Shown: one piece after another, positions 37,281 to 51,000 of the stretch | Position numbering within the stretch: position 1 is the stretch's first letter | How the letters are laid out: each line of letters begins with the position of its first letter | Source of the DNA: Lama glama | Lineage: Eukaryota | Length of the DNA: 64,000 nucleotides | Reading direction: 5' to 3' | Assembly: GCA_028534125.1 (NCBI GenBank) | Contig: CM052817.1 | Location: 74,774,001 to 74,838,000 of the forward strand | The notes under the pieces: model-generated | The model's database searches: none | The model's input: only the letters and a program-made list of their open reading frames with translations | What the model was told of the DNA's origin: nothing | Program-made: the position numbers and the translations under genes

Positions 37281-40189
37281 CACAGGACTCTTTGAACAAA
37301 CTAATTCTGAGATGGAAGTCCACGTGAAAAATTTGGTGAAGAGGATTACTAGATTTGCAGCTCAACTGTCTTATCAGTTCTCTTAACCATTTACCCAGAG
37401 TAGTGGTGGCACCTCCTTAGGGCTCCACACAAACACTGAAAAAAGGTAGAAACAGATAAGAAATCAGACGTTCTGTCTGTCTCCAAGCTTCCTACTTCAG
37501 CCTCCTCGCCTGGCAGTTCTGCATAGAAGGGACGGGGGAGCTGTCTCCCATCCACACTGAGTCAGCCTCTGTCAGAATTTAGTCTCTGCTCTCACCCACC
37601 TCTGTCTGCTATTCTCAGTCAATCACTGGCTAGCCTTGGGTTTCCCTGGAACCAGGGAACTAAACCCAGGACTTAACTCTCTCCCAGACCAGGTCAGTTC
37701 TAAACCCATAGACAGATCCAGGCCTCAGCACCACAATACTTCCCATGTCCCACATAACTCACAGCAATTATGCATATCTGGCTTGGAAGACTTGAGGATA
37801 ATAAGAAATGAGTGTATTTCAGGGAAAAGAATTAAGTTAGAAGTTAACTGTGTCTGTTTTCAGACCAGAAAAGAGAACTATAATTTATATCCTTTACAAG
37901 ATTCCCTTAATAAGTACATTCTTATTCTTAGTCTTGCTGCCCTGAGTCTATATCCACATTTCTCAGAATAAGCCACTTATTTATTCTTTTACTGTGAGAC
38001 GCCAATCACCTTTGGACAAATTTCATTTTACATTTTACATTTACAAGGATTTTTCTCACCTTGTAATTAGCACACACCCCTCCCCCCCACCCCGCCAACT
38101 TCTTGGTCCTCTTACCAGGGAAAGCAATGATTAAAATAAGCCATATTCTGTTTTCAGGAAAGTAAGAATTATTCTGGCTAAAATAACACCATGGGATGGA
38201 AGGGCTTCAGGAATGATCCTAATCATTTCAAGTCCTGGCTCCTTTAAATTCTCCACATTTTTTCCCCTAGAATTTTGTCTCATTGTTAAATCTTGGAAAG
38301 TAAAGACATTTACAGAAATATAAACACTAACAACTCACATGGCTTTCTCAGATACAAAATCTACATTCATAATAAAGAGAAGAAAAATTTTCCAGATGGC
38401 ACCATAATATGTCAAGACTTTTCCCAGCTCACTGTGCATGTAACATTTAAGATAATTATGCAAGGAATTTCAATTTCCCACTTGTGATATATTTCAAACC
38501 TGCAGAAAATCATAACCATCAAGATTAAAAATATTACGATTTGCTAGAGGGATTTAGATGTTTTAACAAAATGTAATATTACAAATACATCTAAGCTCAA
38601 GGTAACAAGGCGGTGTGTATATTTCCCATGCATGTGTTAATATTTTACTGCAAATGGATGCCAAAAAAAAATGTTCTGCCTTTCCTAATATTCCTGCTCC
38701 AGTTCAAAACACTGGGACCTCCCAGTGCCTACTACTGAGCCTCTTCAAACACTTACCCCTGATTTTTCTGCAGCTGTTTACACAAAACACCTAAGGTTAG
38801 GAGGAGGCAGTAGCTAAATTGTTTGGAAAACAACTCTATGCAGGTGTTTTAACTATCTTTTCAAATTTGATTCTTACATCGATTATATAAACGGAAAAAA
38901 TTGAAACCCTAAGAAATAAGCGACTTAAACTATGCCCAGGCCATGTGGTAGTAAAGAGCTAATATTTCAGGCTTATCTGACGTCAGTTCTGAGCTGGCAA
39001 GGAGAAAGTTTAGGGTCTCTACACTCTACAGCAGGTTTGTTGTTTAAACTATGAAGTAGTTACTGTTAACAGCATTAAATGAAGGATAACTCTACAATAG
39101 AATATGTCTCTTTAACGAGTACCTCACCATTACACTGTATTTAAAGAGTTGCTAACAGACTTTCCCATTTCTCAATGCACTCTCAAGTCAGGGAGATATC
39201 TTCAAAATACATTTGGCAATGATGATGAAATTTTAGACTTCCAATAAGATCTCTGCCAGAAAAATAACAAAAATTTCTTATATGTAGATAGCTAGGAATT
39301 ATGAGTGGACCAAATAAAATATGTACAATAATTTCTTTTTTTCATCAGACTTCTGATAATGTTTGATATGCATTTAATTTTCAAAGATAGCCAAGAATTA
39401 ATATTATGTTTATGCCTTCCAAGATTTTGAAGTCAATGGTTAGAGATTGGTTTATTATCATATATTTATTTTTGCTTTAGGAAGGCAGCTTGTAACTTGC
39501 TTTTGTTGATATTACTCTTAACGAGACTTCATTAACAGTGCACTGTTCGTGTTCTAATATTTTGATGATCTTAACTATAAGGCTCTAATATCCAATACAT
39601 AGAAGATATTGTAATATTATGCCTAGAATTTAATGAGGAGCAGCATTACTTACTTTCTCTATTTTTCCACAGGCAGCTGGAACTTCTTAAAAGTTGTGTG
39701 ACTAATAGAACATGGCATCTACTTTCTAATATAGAAACCAGGAAGTAATGCTGCTAAGCATTATTATAAACTGGGTCACAGCCACATACATATCTGCAAA
39801 AGCTGAGAGATGCTGCAATTAACGAATAACCTGGACTGTAACTGGGCTGCAGTTTTTTTTCCCTAACCCATTTTTCATAAGACTAAGTGCAAAGCTTTGC
39901 AGAAAGAAAAAAAAAATCTAATGGCATCATTATCAGCATACACACAGAATATAAATCAAGTAATAAATAGTGGAGGAAAAGGGTGGGAAGATAACTAATG
40001 TGGAAGGACTGCTTATTTTTTTACTGACGGGAGCTCTCTCTCTGCCTCTCAAATAGGTTACCTTATTTAACCCCCACAGAAAACTCTGTGTGTTGATATG
40101 ATTATTCTTATTTTTCTGATGAGAAAACTGAGGATCAGAATGTTTAAGTAGTCTTGGGAGGTAGTGGATTCTGTGAGTAGGATACGGAT

Positions 40190-40665
40190 GTCATTTTGTT
40201 TGACTCTGGGGCAATCCTCATTAAACTGCAGCCCCTATGAATAAGCAAGAAAGGTTTGAAGGATGAATATGTCCTTGCCTTTTCCAAAGAGGAGACGAAA
40301 TTTGGTATGAAAGATGATTATTAGTGTTAAGATCAGCACCTGTGGGAGAGAGAAGATGGAGGAGGAGTGGGTAGATAGAGAGCCAAGCTGTGACCCAGGC
40401 CCCTAGATGGGTTTGGACCATCCCACAAGGAGCGAGGGAACTGGATGGTTGGCTCAGTGTTATTCAGATTGAGCTGAGAACGCCACACCTCTAGGCTCCC
40501 ACATAAATCACTCACTGAATGAGCCACAGAAGAAAGAGGTATGACTGTGAGTGAGGCAGTTCCCTGTGAATCTATCGCCAAGTGTCCAAGAGCTGACGAT
40601 GCTCAAAGCATGCGAGGCCGTCAGCCCTGACTCCATAATATTATCTGGTGTGTCCCTGTCATAGC
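40190..40665. mobile_element. Old ERVL-type LTR relic (LTR16/33-like), preceded by MIR at ~40010-40190
   Basis: GC-richer block with ttagtgttaagatcagcacctgtggg… and a …catagcatccaca ending. Family assignment uncertain. Confidence 0.4.
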
Positions 40666-41397
40666 ATCCACATCAAAATTCTACATTGCTCTTTGTTAAA
40701 TACTAAGTGGGCTAAGGGTTTCCTCTGCAAAATTGGTTAGTTTAAAGGTAGTGTAGGAAGGGAAGGGCAGTTTTTTTTTGATCTGTGACATATTCCAACT
40801 GGTTGGCCAGTTTTACCATGAAAACCTGAAATTGCAAAGCAATGGATACACCGCAAGACGAAGACATGTAGGCAGGGATCTGCTGTCTGTCACAGCAGGT
40901 TGTTGAGCTTGAGAAAGGGTTGGTGATGTATTTTCTGAGATAAACTGGAAGGCTGTTTCTCCAAGAAAAATGACAGAGAGGCAAAGTCATAGGTCTGTAA
41001 GAATGCTAGGGAGTGTGGAAAAGAGGACCCTGTATAACTCAAAGCATTTCCCAGGGAAGGGAGCTGACACACAGGTCTGAACGAAGTGCACATGTGTACT
41101 GGATTTCACTTGAGATTTTGGTTCCTGAATGCAAGATTCTTTTGAAAAAAGCAAGTAAGGTGCAACTATTACATTTATTGGGCAAAATGCATTCCAGAAT
41201 GGTATTTTTTTTAATTAGGCTTTTCTGTGAATCACATCAAGTTCATAAAAATTTTTGCTGATAACGTAAACACATTTGTTTAATTTTTTGCCTGTTAGTT
41301 GCCTGTTTTCTGCATGTGCATTCATTATTTTGCAAGCTCCTGTCAGATAAATTAGATTCCGCTAACTTGAAGTTTGTGTTTCTTTACATTTCTATAC

Positions 41398-41442
41398 CCT
41401 TTTGTTCTCTCTTATTTTCATTGATCTTAGGTCTCCTTCATT
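41398..41442 (-). other. Candidate exon (45 nt)
   Basis: Long polypyrimidine acceptor ttttctttcatcttcacatctcccgtctcacag|, donor AGG|gtatag (weak). Phase 0 NEGDLRSMKIRENKR. Confidence 0.25.
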
Positions 41443-42924
41443 CTGTGAGACGGGAGATGTGAAGATGAAAGAAAACAGCAAAGGTTGATAACCGTATACA
41501 AAGAAGTATTGCCTGAACAAAAATAAGTGACAGTTTGGAAAGAAACACTGAGAAACAGGATAGAACTCATTTTGTCTCATGTTTGTGAACTGCCTGTGAA
41601 AAGCACTTCGCCTAAAGAGTAGGTACCCAGGACGGGTTCCAGGCCTGGCACACAGCAGACTGAGTAAATACCAGGTGGTCACCAATGAAAGAAAAATGAA
41701 TCGTTTCTCATATGATAGAAATGTACGAAGTGTGCCTTATGGCAATTATGGAAAAATTTTTAGAATCAGGGAAAACTAACATGGTGTTGTCTATGGTATG
41801 TGGAATGACTGGCAAGTTGAGATGTTTATCCCCATAATAATTTCCAGGGATATTACATGGATATTACCTGTGTTTTCTTGTTCAGCTAGTATTTCTTGAG
41901 ATACCCATCTTCATATGATTGCTAAAGAAACATATCTACCTAAAATCCTATAATTGTATTCCATCATAAACTTTACAATAACTTAGACACCATATCTTGA
42001 GAATAAATCAGAACCCCAAACTTCTAGATACTTTGAGGTAAAAACCAGAAGAAAACAGCCTAGTTAGAAGCAAAATACCTCTATTATTGGGGACAGAACT
42101 TGATATTTGATAGCCTCTTTGATCCCCATTGGCATTTTCTGCCTTCCTCTTGGTATTTTGAAAATCTTGGTGTCTCAGTTGAAGTCGAAACAACAGGAAA
42201 TGTTAGTGACAAATATTGACCCCTAGAGGAAAATAATATTTTTTCTTATTCTTAACATTTTTTTACTTGAAGTACAGTCAGTTACAATAAGTCAATTTCT
42301 GGTTAAATTGGGGGGAAAAAAGCATGCTAAGGCTGCTAGAGTTAGCAAGAGAATTCTTTTTGTAACTAGGAGGGTAGAGAAGATGTGGAAGTTCCCTATA
42401 AAGTAATAGAAAGAAAGAGTACCCTGGAGTGCATGTGTCATCACCACAACGGCAAGCAGCGTTAGAGTTGGACTGTTACTGGCAAATTCAGTACGTTAGA
42501 TACTGTTTGCTGTTCTCTTCTTTAATACATGCGTGCATCCGCCCACTCAGTAACTATGGGAACGCACGTTAGATGTCAGTGACCCTGCTCTGTAATGGGA
42601 ATCTGTTTGTGAGGAAGACTACAGCCTTCTTTACCTTATTAAAGTTTGGAATTTAGTGCTTTGGTTATCATTTTTATAAAAAGAAAGCAAAAAAAAAAAA
42701 AAGAGCTGTGGAACTTGGCCAGAAACATCACCCCATGAAATTTCCAGATCTGTCTTCATCAGGCCCAAGACATAAAACATGCTGTTACAGTCTTTGCCTT
42801 TCTTTGGATCCTACTCACTTTTGCATATGTTTCTGGCCTTCTGTATTTCTCCAATTGAAAGAAATTTCTATGTAATCAGAAAAAAATTTTTTTCCTCATT
42901 ATCTTAAACAAATCAGCCTTTCCT

Positions 42925-43090
42925 CAGTGTAGCATTTGGATTTCAGCCTCAACTCTGTAACTTATTACCTGTGTGACCTTGATAATGAACACACGGACTC
43001 TCTCTGAGACTTGTTTGCCCATCTGTTAAAAGGATACAGTAACAGCGCTTCCGCCATGGACTTGAGTACTAGGTGAGATAATGCGTGACT
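42925..43090 (+). mobile_element. MIR SINE, followed by an antisense L1M fragment (~43090-43190)
   Basis: cttattacctgtgtgaccttga…ctctctgagacttgtttgcccatctgttaaa. Confidence 0.7.
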
Positions 43091-46000
43091 TTGAGCATCT
43101 TCTCGCATGTTTATTGACCATTCAGGTTTTCTCTTCTACGATATGCCTATTCTTGTTTCTTAGCCTATTTTTTATTTGGGCAATTAATTCAATCGCTAAG
43201 TTCCAAGTTGAGTTATTTTGTAAAATTATTTGCATGCTTACATTTCTCCTTTTCTAGATGACTAGTGTGGCCTGACTGAGGGTTCTGGCCTGGCTGGTGC
43301 TGATGAGGAGGGAACAAGGAATGAGAGTAACAGATACACTGAAATAATAGACTGTACTGGATTCTGACTTCTATTGTGAGGGGTATGTCTATATCTCTAG
43401 ATTTATATCTATATAACTGTATCTTTCTATTTATAGACACTTATAAATACATATAATTGTAATTTTTTTTTCAAAAGAGAAGGGAAGGAGCTTTAGGTTT
43501 CGTAGTAGTATGGTAAAGGACTTTCGTGGCTAGTCAAAAGAAGAGGAAAAGTCTGGAAATAGGATTGACTCTTACAGGCCCCAAACACACCATTTGAAAT
43601 CATACATCATGTTATCATATTATAGTCAGCATTATTTATATAGATGTCCATTTAAGTGAGTGTGAATGTAAAGAGTAATTTTGAAGTCTTGTCAATTTCC
43701 TAAAAATAGGAAATTAATGCAATGTAAAATGAATGTGCCTTATGCAATTCTGTTTTCAATCTTCTGTTCAATGAAGGCAATTACAGAATACACTTTATTT
43801 TAATTTAATGACTTTCTTAGATACACTATTATAAGAAAGCATTATAAAATGATATTACATTTCGTCATTCACTGCCTTTGCTGTTTACATTTTGTCATTC
43901 TGCTCAGCCTGAATGCTAATATGCAGGGGTCTATTTCACGTCCCTGTCCAATGCATTAATATAAGCTATTTATTATGATACTAGGTACTTAAAATAACAA
44001 AATAATTTTGGTACTTTGCATACACACAACACTAAGTTTTGCTAATTCTCTGCTAAATTACTTCAAAATAAGTATGCAAAATAATATGTGAGATTTATTT
44101 TAAAAAGATATGATATTTGGGAATAAGGAAAGTGTTGAATTTTAAATCTCAACCCCCTTGCCAAATATCATATATATTTGTGATATTTATTTAAATCTAA
44201 TCTTTTAACACAAAAGAAAGACTTCATTTTTAGAAAAATTTTAAACATTCTATAACATTTTGAATTTCCAAAATGCAAAATCTATTATTCTAAACCATAG
44301 TTTTGTTTTTTCATCAAATCACCTAAATAGAAAACATATTGCTATCACTAATTTACTCAACTCAGTGTTTAGACTTGGTAATTGAATTCTTTTCAATAAA
44401 TGTAGAAGTCCCTATAATATATTTATAGTGATTGAAACATTTAAAATGATGCATGCTTAGTTTATGAATATTCTCCAGTATGTAATAAACTTTAAAGTTT
44501 TATTTTTTAGCATTTATCATCTCAAGGCCCAAGTTTCAGTCATTTTAGTATATTTTTTAAAGTATACACCTGGAACTCAGTAAATATGAGCACATTTTAA
44601 TCTCCCCTTTGGAGATGTGTTTCATTCTTTAGATGAAACAAAGAAGTCTTCAAAATATAATGTCATTCCTGACATACAAGCATCTGGAAGCATCTCAGTC
44701 TGTAAAACTGCAGTAGATTTTTATTGTTATTACAAATGTATCAATCTAAAATGCACTTGCTGTTACTTAAGTGATTCAATTGTGAAACTAAATTTTAAAA
44801 GTGCCCTTAACTTCAGAGAAAAACCACATTCAATGAGCTGTGGATGACCATTAAGGAGGTCATTTTTCCAAATACTGTTTATGACTTCGTGCTCATCCTC
44901 CTTGACGTCTCTTCAAGGTAACTCATTTGTTTATAGTAACTTTTTTAAATGTTTGATTTTTTTATATAAAAGGCAGATACTATGCATTAGTTCATGCAGA
45001 CACCTCCTTTGCAGTTTCATATCACTTTTTTGTTACCAGTGTGTTAATTTCTGTATTTATGTATGTTTATAGTAAGTTATAATAATCATTTCGCTTTATT
45101 GCAGGGGTGCCTTGCTTAGAGCACACTTATAAAAAGTATTCTTGCTGCTGCTGTATTGACGACAAAAATTAAAGTTGATGTAGACATTTTGGTTAAATGG
45201 CTTTTTACATACAAATTTAATAAACTCTGCATTTTGAGAAAATAGAGTAAAGTATCCATTTAAATAATTTGGTATTTTTTAAAAACACAAAATCAAGGTA
45301 TACCATTTTCCATCTTGTAACTAACTTCTAGGTGCTTTTTAAAAAATATGCTAGTAAATCATTAAATTAATGCTGTATCTGTTAAATTTGTGTGATTGCC
45401 TAAAATATTAGATAGAGTGGTTTCAGAGTCTAAAACATTGGAAACTTTCATAGCTAAGAATTACACAGAATGCCCTGTTTTCTTGTTCAAAACCAGATTG
45501 TTTAATATGACAGCTGTATCCTGTAAGTTGGACCATATTTCTGTACATTACACATCAGAATAGTGGGGACGTGTAGACCAGAAAACACACGTGGTACCAA
45601 TTGCTGCAGATGCAATAAAGCTTTTTAAAAGGTACTGTAATGCTTAAAAAAAAAGTTTTCTGTATCACTTTAGTCTGAATAAAGATTTGATTTTGAATTG
45701 ATTACCTGCCATATTAGAGGAATTTTTTGACCCCAAATTATATTGATAGACCATCAAATCTCCTCCCTGGGCCATGTGTATAGACACACATATTCCAGTT
45801 GGAAGGAAACCCAGCTGAACTTACATAATAATCATATATTTCATTAAACTGAACTTTCTTGACTTTTTTCACTCCTGCCCTAATTCCTGTCTCTCCCCTC
45901 TCCTACATACCCATTTCACTCACATTTACAATTTAGAATTCAATTCAGAAATATCTTCCTCTAGGAAATGTTTCCAAACCCTCCTGCCTGGGTCAACTTT

Positions 46001-46557
46001 TTTAAAGTTCTTAATGATACAATAAAAAATGTTATATGGCTATATGAAGGGAAGAGCTAAAATTATCATGAATTTTCTATATCAAAAATTTCCATTCAAG
46101 AAACTCAAGGAAATCCAGTGCAAAAAACTTTTTTTGGAAAACCATCGTATAGTACCAAACCAAAATAATTAAAAGATTTCCATAGCTCTCCCATGGGAAC
46201 AACAGTTATTCTATAATGAAAACTAACGCTTTAGAAACGACACTGGAGAAAATATTTCCCCATGCATAACGTGAGTTAAATTATAAACTGTGTGGGACTA
46301 ACTAATATTAATTAGATGTCTCAATAGATATCTCTAAAATCTTATTTTATAATGTAATATTTTTATACAAAAAGAATTAAATGCACAACATGTAATGGAA
46401 AACTGAGTAATTTAATGATATTTGAAATTTTATTTTATATATAATAGAACTCCCTTCAAAACATTAATAGGATTAACATGTGTATATACTTTTGTCAAAT
46501 ATTAAAATTTATTGTAGAATAAACAAATAAGAGACAAAACTTTTAAAAATCAATGAT

Positions 46558-46875
46558 AATTCTTTTTCATTATAGGTTACTACAAGCTATTGAATATAGT
46601 TCCCTGTGCTATACAGTATAAACTTGTTGTTTATTTTATATATAGTAGTGAGAATCTGCAAATCTCCAACTCCCAATTTATTCCTCTCCCCACTTCATAA
46701 CCAAAAATTTGCTTTCTATGTCTGTGAGTCTCTTTCTATTTTGTAAATAAGTTCGTTTGTGTTTTTTTTTTTTGTTCCACATGAAAAGGAATATTATGCT
46801 GAAACATTGTGCTGTGCACCAGAAACTGACACAAGATTATAAACTGACTATACTTCAGTTAAAAAATTAAAAAGA
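46558..46875 (+). mobile_element. Short L1 3'UTR insertion with 5' inversion
   Basis: 46558-46782 is antisense L1 3'UTR; 46783-46875 is the adjacent sense terminus (gaaaaggaata…gactatacttcagttaaaaaa). Confidence 0.85.
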
Positions 46876-49429
46876 ATAATTTTAATACTTTAAACTAAAA
46901 CCTCTGTTGATCAACAAAGTTTGATACTGGTACAGTAATATTTCAAATGAAGCAAACAGTGAGTCTATATTATCTAATTTAAAATGTGATAAAAATGGCA
47001 CTCTAGTCCCATAGAGGGAATGAAGAAGAGGGCTCTGGACAATTGCTGTCACTTGACATGTCAGCAGGGGTTATTGTGGGATACTGAGACACCATAATTG
47101 CTCCAGCACAAACAAGTAGTGGAAGACATGTTAATGTTTGGCAGAGCCTTTTCCTGAAACAAAGCAGCCCTAATATATGTACATAGTATAATACATAGTA
47201 TACTTGAGCAACGATTTTATTAGCATGAAGGAAAACAAATTCATTTTAAAAAATTGGCATTTTCTGTAATCATACAATTACAGGATAGTGTCAATATGCA
47301 CAAATGTATCCTAAATGAAAAATGTGTTTCTAATCATACATGGACCGGCCAGTAATGTAAAACACATGGACAAAAAAGCTTTTTGTTATGTGTTTGGGTG
47401 TCATGGATAAACCGCATTTTTTGTTACATATTTCATCTTCGTAAATACTGGAAAAAGTGATACTTCATATAATATTACCAATACAATGTGTTAAAGTTTG
47501 CCTATTGCTTACTGCCCCCAAATTTCTAGTTCATCTCTGGAGCTTTACAATGATTATTTTGATCAAAAATGCTGTACCAATTGCCCAAACTAACTTTACT
47601 TTCTTAATTGTTTTAAAAATGATTTAAACATATTAAGAAGGAAAACAGTGAAATTTTAGCAACTTTTCATTCGTATTTTCACTTGTTTCATTTACGTTTA
47701 AAATCCTTTTAAATTAAATTATTGGTTGCTAAATTATGACTTGATAAATTATGGATGGGAAATAACTATCACCTATACCAACTAAAATGAATGTCATTTA
47801 TTTAATCATGTAAATGCTATGCTTAAATTTTTTTCTATTTTAAAACTTACTTTAGCAACGAATTCAGTGATTTGAGTTCTTTTTCCTTTTTTATCTAAAT
47901 CTGACACCAAGACATATGTAGCAGAACTGCTGCCTTTGGGAAGATTAATTAGTGTCAATGTGCCTGATGGTCAGGGCAGGGTCACCTTCCCAGCTCTTCT
48001 GGGTTTGCCCCTAGAGAGATAAATAGCAACAACTACAAAAACAATCCCTTCCTAGAATTTAACACAGTTAAAGTAACACATTTTATTTTGCATTCCTCTT
48101 CTAAGTTTCTTGCCTTGGGCTCATTGAGATGCAGGTTACATCCCCTGACTTCCTGGGTGCTTCTTTTCCTCTGAGCTTCCAGGACTGCACGGACCCTCTG
48201 TCCTGTCCTGGCCAGTCCTACCACAGGGACTGCTCTGATGTGATCCCAGAGGATTAGGCTTATTTCTGTGACCTTCCTTGTTTTCCTTGGGTGAGTCATG
48301 ATACAGGCTTTCTAAGACCAGTACCTGAATGCAGTCTTTTAACATGTCCCACACAATCACTATTATCTCCTGGTGCTCAAGTTACTGAATCCAGCCTGGC
48401 TTTTCTTGTTTGGCTTCACAGTGACTCTCTGGCCTTCTGTCATCCTGATGGAATAGATCTTAGCAGTCTCTGCCTTAAAAAAAGGTTGTAAAGGAGGCTG
48501 GGAAACAATGCATTCAGTATCCTCTCTGGAGCAGTGGAGTGGTCTGCAATAAATCCAGAGAACTTATTGCTGTAGCTTTGAGCTTTGAAACAGACCAATT
48601 TACTTTTCTTTCTGTAGGGTCTAATTCATTAGACTCCTGTTATAAAACTTTTATTGGAGAAGTTGAATCGTAAAGTCAACCAGAAAGAAAGGATTTAGTG
48701 ATAAGTGGTGTAAGTGTCATAATGTGAAGAATAAAATGCTACAGACAAAATAAAAGTATTTATTTGCTGCTTTTTAGAAGTAAAACAGCTTCAAAAAGAT
48801 AACAACACTGCGTTCCCTGTGATGATAAATTTCAGTTTTGCAAACTACAGTGGTTGGGCGTAGCCTCATGCTTGCTGTTTTGAAGACATGATTACTTACC
48901 TGTATTACTGTAATGCACAAACGTAATATGCATGTGTGCATTTATACACGGATGTGTGTATGTATTTTCTATACAGATACATACATCTATACATACTATA
49001 TAATATACATAATATGTGTATTCTCCTGACTAAAGAAGATTACTTGATTTGAAAATGAGGTATAGACATAGAAAGTGAAGTTAGCAAGAGTAAGACTGTG
49101 TTTCAAAAACTTAGAGATCAGTCCTCTACTCACAAACTTCTTCCCTAGGCCATAGATTAAAAAAAAACCTTCCACTCAGAAAGCCTCCACTCTCTCCTCC
49201 CCTGCTGTTTTCTGGATATTGACCCAATGCAATGTTGGGCTTTACACGGTCAAGAAGGCAGATGCTTCACAAATAGTGTGAAGGTGAACATCTCTGTCCA
49301 CTATTTGGAGTACAGGTGAGCAAAAAACAACCTTTTATTTTATGATACTACTAAGCATTTGGTGTTAATCTATTACAGTAGTTATTAGTATGTTAACTAG
49401 TTTGAATATTAGTAGCTACAGAGGTGGTG

Positions 49430-51000
49430 TTATTGTAAAGATAAACTAACACTTGTCATCTTGTCCAGGAGTGTAGGTGATGTTAATGAGAAGACTGTTT
49501 TGGGAGGCTGGGTAGGAGTGGCAGAACATTTGGTAGAACCATCATACATGATAACCTGAAAGATGCCTCCAAGGCTTTATTGGTCTGTAGAGAGTTTTTG
49601 TGATGGGATGTGTTTGATTTGTAATAGAAGACATTAGAAGGAAGAGATGGACTCAGTCAAGAATTAGTGGGTTTATAGGCAAACGTACAATGAATTATAG
49701 ACTCCAGATATTTGAGGACTCAAAAGTTTGAAAAACCTGAATTCCCCTGAACCTCAAAATTGGTGTAAGAGTGAAAGAAAACTTCAGTTACAAAGGCCCA
49801 TTAAGAGTCAGCCCTTTGACAAAAGAGACTGAATGGTACTTTTCCACTAACGACTGGTGGCTCTTTAGTAGTTGCCATTAAATTGAAGCAGGCAGGAAAG
49901 ATGGAGGAAGAAAGGGGGAGAGACACAGAGAGATAGGAGAGGGAGAAGGAGAGAATGACTAGGGCAAGAAATTGGTGGAATCAAGTAGATTTGAGTACCA
50001 GTTTTAGGAGTTTTTGTCATAACGGCACATAGAACTGAGTGGACACAGATTAGATACCTACTAACTTTTTGAGGGTGTACATTGGCAAAGAAATTATGAG
50101 GCCAGATTTTGAGGGAAAAAATGACCCTAGAGATTAGAGATAGGAACCATCAGGAGGGAAAAAAGTTACCAAGGGAGTTCCTTTGTGTGGGAAAAATTAG
50201 ATCCTAATCAAGAAAAAAATTTCCCACTATCAGGCAACTCCTGCCTTCCCAGCAGAAATGCACCATCATTACTGCCCACTGACAGCAATGTATCCTGCTC
50301 TTTTCATTTTCGAATGGGAATGTCTATTGTGGTTATCACGCCTGGGACACCTTTGTATATATGCCTGTGATGAGAGGTGATTTGTACATGGATTTCCAAA
50401 CCATGGGAGTCATTTCTGGACCTGCTGGAGAGGCCAACACATGATTCAGAGATTCTCTACACTGAGCTGAATGAAGTGACCCAGTAGGACTTTGTGTTAT
50501 CTTCCTTGGGAAAAAGGCAAATGTGTTCTATGTGTAGCAGGAAGAACATGATGAATATTTGGCGACTGGAAGAGTGGTTTACAGCAAAGAATGTCTAACT
50601 ATTTACCAGACATCTTTCCCTTTCCTCTTGGCCAGACTGCATTTCCAAGACTTCCTTCAGTTAAATTGGCCTTGTGACCAAATTCTGGCCAGTATGATAT
50701 GCGCTTGAGTGTCATATATTATTCTAAGGCCCATAAAATACTCCTAAGTGATTCTGATTCTCACTTCCCCTGTCTTAGGCAGGATGTCCACCCATCGTGA
50801 TGATGGAAGCTATGTTTGTGTTTAAAAATGTCAAAACCTAAAATGGCAACATAATACGGAGCAAAATTTCCTCCCTTACCCATTCTCCTTTCCTACTGAT
50901 TGCTTGGATTTTACGTGACTTTAAAATAAACTTTGATTGTATTGATTTATTAAGCTTTCAAAATTTATCTGTTGTAGTGCATTAGCTTGAGAAATCTTAA
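49430..51000 (+). mobile_element. MLT1 (MaLR) internal sequence plus 3' LTR, old subfamily
   Basis: MLT-int-like body, then cagactgcatttccaagacttcctt…gtgaccaaattctggccagt…aaataaactttgattgt LTR pattern. Confidence 0.65.
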
